Position numbers and translations under genes: made by a program. The notes below the pieces were generated by a model. That model did not search any database, was not told the origin of the DNA, and was given only the letters and a program-made list of their open reading frames with translations. Below are positions 12,471 through 64,000 of a stretch of DNA of 64,000 nucleotides, piece by piece. Source of the DNA: Octopus vulgaris (Eukaryota); NCBI GenBank assembly GCA_951406725.2, contig OX597839.1:18476001-18540000 (forward strand), written 5' to 3'. Position 1 is the stretch's first letter; each line of letters starts with the position of its first letter.

Positions 12471-14004
12471 GTTTTCACCTCTCTCTCCTCCCTCTCTCTC
12501 TTTGTTGTTTTTTATTATCATCATTTAACATCCGCTTTCTATACTGGCTTGGGTTGGACAGTTTGACAGGAGCTGGCAAAGTGGAGATCTGCACCATGCT
12601 CCAGTTGTCCGTTTTGGCTTGGTTTCTACAGCTGGATGCCTTTCCTAATTCCAACCACTCTTCAGAGTGGACTGAGTGTTTTTTGCATGGTACCAGCACA
12701 GGGGAGGTCAGTTTTGGTAAGGTTTTTTACAGCTGGATGCCCTTAGAAATGCCAACCATTTTGCGATGTGGACTAGATGCTTTTTATGTGGCATCAGCAT
12801 TGGCAGGGTCACCGAGCAACTTGCAAGTTGTGAAACCTTTGAGAGGGGAGAGGGCATTGGAAGCGGTGATTTTGTGTCAGCTGGTAAAAATGAGTAATCC
12901 TATGGTAGTCTGGCATCCGATCCAGGGAGTAATGTATACATCAGGGAAACTGGGAAACTAGCCCTATGCTCCTTACGGTGTAATGGGGGACTAACCATAT
13001 ATAGACACACACCCAGACTAGAAACAGTAGCTGGATAAATAGTCCTTGGATCATTCTCTACTGTCTTTAAAAACTGCAGATGCACTGTCGCTTGGAGCAG
13101 ATCTGGAAAGGAAACTCCATGTGGTCTTTCAACATGCTAGAAACAACAGCTAGATAGATAGGTGTGATAGTGAAATTCCACAAAGTTGAAACAGTACTGT
13201 ATTATATATATTTTTTTTGTTATTTTCATAATTTGCATGTATTTATTTTATTATAAATACAAAATAACACCAGAGGAATTAACGTAAGATTGAATTATAA
13301 ACTGCAACAGGTGAACCGTGAAAGGTGAACCGTGATAGGTGAACCGTGATATGGCGAGGGATTATTCAACTTATTTTCGCGATCTGAGTGGATTGGAACT
13401 AAGCAAAACAATGTGTTGCCTGGTCCAGGCATTGAAACCACAATCTTACACACAGGCACACACACACACACACACACACACAATATGAGCTTCTTTCAGT
13501 TTCTCTCTTCTAAATTCACTCACAAGGCTTTGGTCAGCCTTAGGCTATAGTAGAAACACTTCCTTGTCCAGGCTGCCATGTAGCAAGACTGAACCTGGAA
13601 CCATGTGGTTTGCAAGCAAACCTTGCATCACACATCGACGCCTGCATCAATCTATGTCAATGCATATTTCTATTGCATTTTATCACTTTTTAAAATTTTT
13701 TATTATTTCTTTCAAGACTTCTTTCTGCTTAACAGAATATTTGGGAAAAATATGCATATTTCTTTCACGTGATGCTCCAATTTAAATTTCTAATGAAATG
13801 GTCTGGAAACAACAGCAATTCACTCTCGATAAAGAAGCCAGCACCCTGATTTGAAGTCAGTTGTTAAATATAAGTGCCATTCATGAAACTGTTGGCCCTC
13901 GAGTCACTTTTGTAACTTCCTGTTGATTAAAACTAACACACACACACACACACCTCTGTGTGTATACAAACACACACACACCTATACATATACACATTTC
14001 TGCA

Positions 14005-14047
<43 letters not shown>

Positions 14048-14194
14048 ATACACACATGCATATATATCTATATGTATGTATGTATATACACACATACATA
14101 TATATGTATTTGTATATACACACATGCACATATATATATGTATGTATGTATATAAACATGCATATATATATATATATATACACATATATAAACA

Positions 14195-14245
<51 letters not shown>

Positions 14246-14269
14246 GCATATACATATATACACACAAGC

Positions 14270-14311
<42 letters not shown>

Positions 14312-14568
14312 GCATATACATATACACACACAAGCATATGTATATATATATATACACACACACATATGCTTGTGTGTATATATACACATGCATATACACA
14401 TACGCACGTGCACATGTAAATGTGTGCTCCATGCCATTAAGCGAGAATATTTGTCCATAAAGTCTGCTTTTTATAATCTTTTTATTCTCCACTCTTGAGG
14501 CATCAATAAAATTGGTAAAAATTGGAAGTAAAAATATTGCAGTGTGAGCTCCGTGTCACCTCCACCCA

Positions 14569-14642
<74 letters not shown>

Positions 14643-15301
14643 CAAAAGCAGTGATAGAACCATTTGTTCTATTGAGGTCAAGAAGCATAGTCTTGGCGGC
14701 AGTAGTGGCGGTGGTGGAATCCACTAAAAAACAGGAGAGCAAACCAGTACTTAGCTCTGTACTCTACAGCTAGTCCATCAGCTCCTGCCGCCGCCACCAC
14801 CACCACCACCACCACCACCACCACCACCACCACCCTTCCAAATTGTAGCAGTTGGATGTAATAGTGTAATAGTAAGGTATGATGTGGTGGCGGTGGTTGT
14901 GGTGTTTTTGTGAATGTCTCTGTGGTTTTGTTTCACATAATTACTGGTGCAGCGTAGACTCATTGATAGAGCTTGCTGCCAGGCTTCAAGTATGGAAGCA
15001 TTAAATACCACACACAGGTGTGTGTGCGCGTGCGTGTGTACATATATATGTATGTTTATGCCTATATATGTGTGTGTGTATAAAACATATTGGCTTCAAG
15101 TATGGGTTAAATACCACTCAAACACACACGTGTGTGTGTGTGTGTGTGTAAATATATATATATATATACACTCACACATATACGTATATGTATGTTTGTG
15201 CCTGTGTCTATATTTGTGTGTGTATGTAATATATTTACACACATACATGGAAATATATGTTTGTGCCTGTGTGTCTATATGTGTATGTGTGTATGTGTGT
15301 G

Positions 15302-15332
<31 letters not shown>

Positions 15333-15609
15333 GACATTGGCTTCAAGTATGAAGCATTAAATACCACACACATAGACATATATATGTGTGTCTATATATA
15401 TATGTGTGTCTATATATATATGTATATATATATATATATATACACACTCACACACACACACACACACACACATACATTCTGTGTGTGTGTGTGACTATAA
15501 ACACGTGTGTGTGTATATATTTGTTGGTGTGTACATAACACATATGGGGAGTGGATGTCTCTGGTTGCTGTACACATCTGTTCTATTTTGGTGTTATTCT
15601 TATATCGTT

Positions 15610-15810
15610 TTACTGGCACAAAGCTAAGCAGGCCTTGCTGTCCACTCAAGAACACACACAGCAAATGATCCCCAAGCACTCGAGCAATTTGTTCCCTTTG
15701 CCAGAATGTTTGCAAGACACCAGCAGGCGTCAAGAGACACATTCTTGTCTGTGGAACATGATTAATGCTCTATTTTACTGAACCTTCATTTGTCGTTCAT
15801 GATGAGAGAA
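15610..15810 (+). mobile_element. RTE-like LINE 3' end remnant
   Basis: CSLCQNVCKTPAGVKRHILVCGT* terminal zinc-finger-like motif followed by a short UTR. Confidence 0.45.
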
Positions 15811-15821
15811 TGCATCATATA

Positions 15822-15859
<38 letters not shown>

Positions 15860-16394
15860 GCAAATAGAGAGTGGGTGTCTATGGTTACTGTATGCGTCTG
15901 TTTTATTTTTGTGTTACTCATATCCTTTTGCTGGATTCAGTCATTGGTGTCTGGCCATACTGGGGCAGCATGTTCAAAGGATGTCATACCATTCCGCAGT
16001 ACCGTATATTCTGGTCTGGTATTTATTTCATTGGTCTCTATTTGTCGAACCACTAAGATACAAGGGACAAAGATACATAATGTAAATGCAACACTGGTTA
16101 AAATTGAATCATGAAAATACCAGATTAAAATTAACAGGAACAAGAAAAAAGTAGTAGTAGTAGTAGTAATAATAACCTTTTCTGCTAAAGGCACCAGGCC
16201 TGAAATTTTGTGGGAGAAATTAGAAATTTCAGAAATTAAATAACACCAACATATTCAGTAACAATAATAAATTTAATTTATCCTTGACAATTTTTAGTTT
16301 TACCAATTTTGAATAGATCGCTCCTCTTTAAAACCTCTTACCTACTTGACAATTGCATTTCTAACTCTGCTTTGAAGGAAGCTTTACTTCTTGG

Positions 16395-16640
16395 ACTCAC
16401 GTTTTTGTGCGCAACGATGTTATTAAACCTCCATTTACAACACCGTCTGCAGGTCCTTTCCATTTTCTTTCATGCACAGATAATTTTTCACTATTGACCT
16501 TAATGGTCGTAAAGACACTATATCAGTGGATAGACTAAAAAAAGCCTTCATAGAGAAAACTGTCCATGTTCCTACTGCAGATAACACACCCACAGCATTA
16601 CAAACATGGCCTGCACATCCACCTTCACATTCCATGACTA
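16395..16640 (+). mobile_element. Ty3/Gypsy integrase C-terminal (GPY/F) remnant
   Basis: THVFVRNDVIKPPFTTPSAGPFHFLSCTDN-[frameshift]-FTIDLNGRKDTISVDRLKKAF. Confidence 0.7.
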
Positions 16641-17582
16641 CTATTGGGATCGACCAGGTACTGGACAAGGATTCTAGTTTATTTTTCTTTCTTTGTTTTT
16701 TACGTAATTTTTGAGAGCGGTTGGGTTCATTTTTTAGTATTTTCATTTGTGAGAACTGTTGAGTTTATTTCAGATATTCTCATTTTTTAAAATCATCTTT
16801 GGCTAATCGTTGAGAGGACATTGGTGTTGCCTTGGTAGAGTTTTGCGCTCTCTGAGTGCTCTAGTTCACATGCATTATTTTGTAGCTTTGAGATTTTGAT
16901 GAGCTAACTTTTTAACTTCTAGGATGGTATTGTAGGGTTGGTATGAGAGGCTGGGTGTGATCAGTTTCAACATAAAACAGGCAGAATATTTTTTGTTGGA
17001 TATGACTGGTTTAATTGCTAAAGGATTAAACTAGCCGTTTGCTCGTTTAAAAACCAGAAGTAGCAACTGGTTAAATACCTTGACCTAGAGACTTCCATTC
17101 CCTTAAATGCTTTACCTTTCATCCCTCCCACTGAAGTCCATTAAACATGAACTGCTCACATACTGGAAGGGCAAGGTGTGTCATTGAGATCCTCTTCTAC
17201 CTCCCACTCCAATCATTTCTGGCCTTGAATCAATATATAAGAAATCAATATTAGCCACCGTTGTGAATGTCATTAACATTAATGTTGAAGAACAATGCCT
17301 GCCCCTGCCTCTTTTCCATGTGATACTACTACAAACCTCAGCAGAGATTAAATTCATTTCGTTTATGCTGCTGCTGCTGCTGTAGGTGCAGGCATGGCTG
17401 TGTGGATAAGATGCTCACTTTGCAAACACATGGTCTTGAGTTCAGTCTCATGGAGCAACTCTTTCAGCAAGTGTCTTCTGCTCTAGTCACAAACTGACCA
17501 ATGCCCTGTGAGTGAATTTTGCTGACAGAAACTGTGTGGAAGCCTGTTGTGTTATTATATATATATGTGTGTTTGTGTGTGT

Positions 17583-17622
<40 letters not shown>

Positions 17623-17783
17623 CACAGGTGTGGTAAGAAGCTAGCTTTCCAACCACATGGCTCCGGGTTCAGTCCCACTGCGTGGCACCTTGGGCAAGTG
17701 TCTTCTACTATAGCCTTGTGTCAACCAAAGCCTCGTGAGTGGATTTGGTAGGTGGAAACTGAAAGAAGCCCGTCGTATATATG

Positions 17784-17842
<59 letters not shown>

Positions 17843-19034
17843 TTGTGTGTCTGTGTTTGTCCCCCCAACATTGCTTGACAACCACTGCTGGTGTGTTTAC
17901 GTCATCATAACTTAGCGGTTCGGCAAAAGAGACAGATAGAATAAGTACTAGGCTTACAAAGAATAAGTCCTGGGATCGATTTGCTCAACTAAAGGCAGTG
18001 CTCCAGCATGGCCACAGTCAAATGATTGAAACAAGTAAAAGAGTATATTTAAAAATATAATGATAAGATTTTTAAAAACTTTGAATGGCTGTGGGGTCCC
18101 TCCTGAGTAAAATAGAAACCAAAGGGGTCCATTGTAAAAAAAATGTTTGAGAACCAGTTATGCATTTAAACTGACCATATCTGGCCCTAATATTCTACTG
18201 GTTTTGTGGTCTAACTGGCCAGATCTGGCCTCTCATATCTAACTTACAATGTTATTCTAAAAGTGAAAAAACAGCAGCACAGCACAGCAGCAGTAGTAGT
18301 AGTAGTGGTTGTGGCAGCTTGCTTGCCAAAATTCACAGCAGTGAGACCACAAACAAGTTTGGAACATTGCTAAAACAAAATAATCATCTGGCAATAAACT
18401 AATTAAGACTGCCACAAATTAAGGTTATGTAACTTGGCAAAGGGGTTAGGGAGTGGAGGTGGGGAGACGAAATTGGTTAAAAAAAAAAATCTTCACTTAA
18501 CAAATGTATTTACAAACATCTCTGAGTGGTCTGCAAAACAAGTTCAGTACCACCCAGAAATTAGTGGGTGGAGAAGATAGACCAATAGAGATTTTTCTGG
18601 GATCAATTGAAGTACCAGCCAAGTACAGGGGATTCATTTATTTGTCTATATATGTATTCCCTATTTTTGTCTTGAATTAATGTTAAAATCTCTGTATGTT
18701 AACATATAATGCTACATTTGATAAGGAAAAAAAAACTGACATAAATTTTAGTAACACTTAAGCATTTAACCTGTCGCTTACCTGGTCCAAATGTTCTGCC
18801 TCTTTTTTTTTGTTGAAACCAATCAGATCTGGCCTTTCACTCCTACCCTACAATGTCATTCTAAAAATAGTCACTTCATCAAAATATTAAAACTACCAGG
18901 AAATGCATAATTAATTCAGAACAATGTGAATAGATAAGCCCTGAATTTGACATCGTTAATATAATTAACAAAGTCTCTGAAATTGCTTAGTATGTTTTTG
19001 TTCTTATGGTTTTTCATTTCTTTTTCTCTTCCAG

Positions 19035-62267
<43,233 letters not shown>

Positions 62268-63300
62268 GTAAGTATTCATATCTCCTTTTTACCTTTTATC
62301 TTTCACCTCTTTCAGTGCTTGAACTGTGGCCATGCTGGAGCACCCTTTGAAGGATTTATTTGGCTTGTTGATTCCTGTTAAACAAGCCAGCACTGATTGT
62401 TAGGTTGTGGAGCAAACATGAACACAAAGACACACTCACACATACATACAAATATATAAATACGAATGGTTTCCACATAGTTTCCATCTGTTACCAACTC
62501 ATTCCCTATCTGTAATCATCTGTCACACTCTTCTCTCTCAGCACACTTATCTACATATCTGCCTTTGCTGCTCCTCTGTCCTATGTTGTCTCCCATATTC
62601 ACCATGTGCTTCTCTCTCTCTTCATGTGGCCAAGCTATGTAGTCACCTCTTCAGCCAGACTCCTGCTCCTCTCCATCTACCTTAGTTTCTTATCCCTCCA
62701 CTCTATACAGCACTTAGTTGAAGTAGGGGTCTTGTCTTGCATGTCCTTGAACCTCACTGGTGGTGGTGCCACATGAAAAGCACCCAGTGCATTCTGTGAA
62801 GTGGATGGCATTAAGAAGGGCATCCAGTTGTAGAAACCATACCAAGCATAGAACCTGTTGCAACTCCCTAACTCATCTGTTGTCAAACCGTTCAACCCAT
62901 GCCAGCATGGAAAATGGACATTAAATGATGATGATTATGATAATGATTTTGATGATGATGATGTGTATGTTTGTATTGTGCCTGCCCCCCTAAAGTGTTT
63001 GACAACCAGTGTTGCTTTGTTTATGTCCCTGTAATTTAGTAGTTTGGCTGAGACACTGACAGAATAATTTCTAGGCTTTAAAAAATAACTGCTGAGGTCA
63101 AATCATTCAATTCACATCCTTCAAAGCTGTGCTCCAGCATGGCCACAATCCAATGACTGAAACAAATAAAAGAAAAAATATAAACGTATTCATTTTAATA
63201 ATTAATTTATCCCCTTTGGTGGTGGGAGAAAGAGAAAAAAATTATTTCTTCTTATTTTCCTATTTTAAAATATTTTTAAGTAAATGTATTTTTAATTCAA

Positions 63301-63585
63301 TTATCCTGCACATGTAAGCGAAAGCATGGTATTGCAATCACTTGTCTTTGTCTGTTTGTCTGTAAAATTACTGGAAAACAGCTGAATGGATTTTCACCAA
63401 ATTTGGCAGAAATACTCCTTGGGTGAGTGGCTGGAAATGATGAAAATTTGGTTTGATTATCTTCAAACATACATAAATATATACATAGATATGCGACTGT
63501 GCTTTTGTGTGTACAGTAATAGATTTGAGGGTTTCGTTTATTTACGAGTTGGTTTTCTAATTTCACCAGAGTGTAAATACCTATA
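63301..63585 (+). mobile_element. possible DINE-1/Helentron-associated non-autonomous element
   Basis: tgtc-type microsatellite followed by ggattttcaccaaatttgg; pattern recognition only. Confidence 0.3.
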
Positions 63586-64000
63586 ATGGTGATACTATTT
63601 TATTCTTTTACTTGTTTCAGTCATTTGACTGTGGCCATGCTGGAGCACCGCCTTTAGTCGAGCAAATCGACTCCAGGACATTTTTTAGAAGCCTAGTACT
63701 TATTCTATCGGTCTCTTTTGCTGAACCGCTAAGTTATGGGGACATAAACACACCACCATTGGTTGTCAAGCGATGTTGCGGGGACAGACACAGAAACACA
63801 AACATACACACACACACACACACACATATATACATATATACGACGGGCTTCTTTAAGTTTCCGTCTACCAAATCCACTCTCAAGGCTTTGGTCGGCCCGA
63901 GGCTATAGTAGAAGACACTTGCCTGAGGTGATACTTAAATATTTAAAAAATCGAACCTACAAATTTCCTGATAAGCAAGTTTAGACAAACACTTACAAAG

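Noticed and set aside
2599-15742. Many ORFs rich in YI/CV/HT (for example 9641-10215 and 13881-14498; also 39513-40078)
   Set aside because: Translations of (TA)n, (CA)n and (TATG)n microsatellites, open in several frames.
1-19034. Start exon or promoter of the gene
   Set aside because: I found no convincing ATG-containing short exon or CpG-rich promoter; it probably lies upstream of the window.

Overview
AT-rich, repeat-saturated eukaryotic DNA. The SINE/LINE families and microsatellite load point to a coleoid cephalopod, most likely Octopus (inferred, not searched). Most of the window is the intron-rich 5' part of one + strand gene, an EPS15/EPS15L1-family endocytic adaptor. I resolved six GT-AG coding exons (45, 90, 144, 84, 84 and 102 nt, all phase 0) that splice into 183 aa covering EH domain 1 and most of EH domain 2. 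I did not find the start exon, and the 3' part lies beyond the window. Almost every other ORF in the track is microsatellite or transposon noise. The introns hold tRNA-derived SINEs, RTE-clade LINE fragments (one with a PHD finger inside its RT and a minisatellite 3' UTR), a Penelope-like RT remnant, an RLE/Hero-type LINE remnant, hAT transposase and Gypsy integrase remnants, piggyBac-, pogo- and hAT-type MITEs, and a homogeneous 12 x 70 bp tandem array. The most unusual signal is a recurring set of short fold-back insertions, mostly beside (TA)n tracts. Several carry minimal hammerhead-ribozyme-like folds of the Penelope type, and one sits sense to the pre-mRNA paired with its own antisense copy. 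None of these folds has been tested computationally or experimentally.
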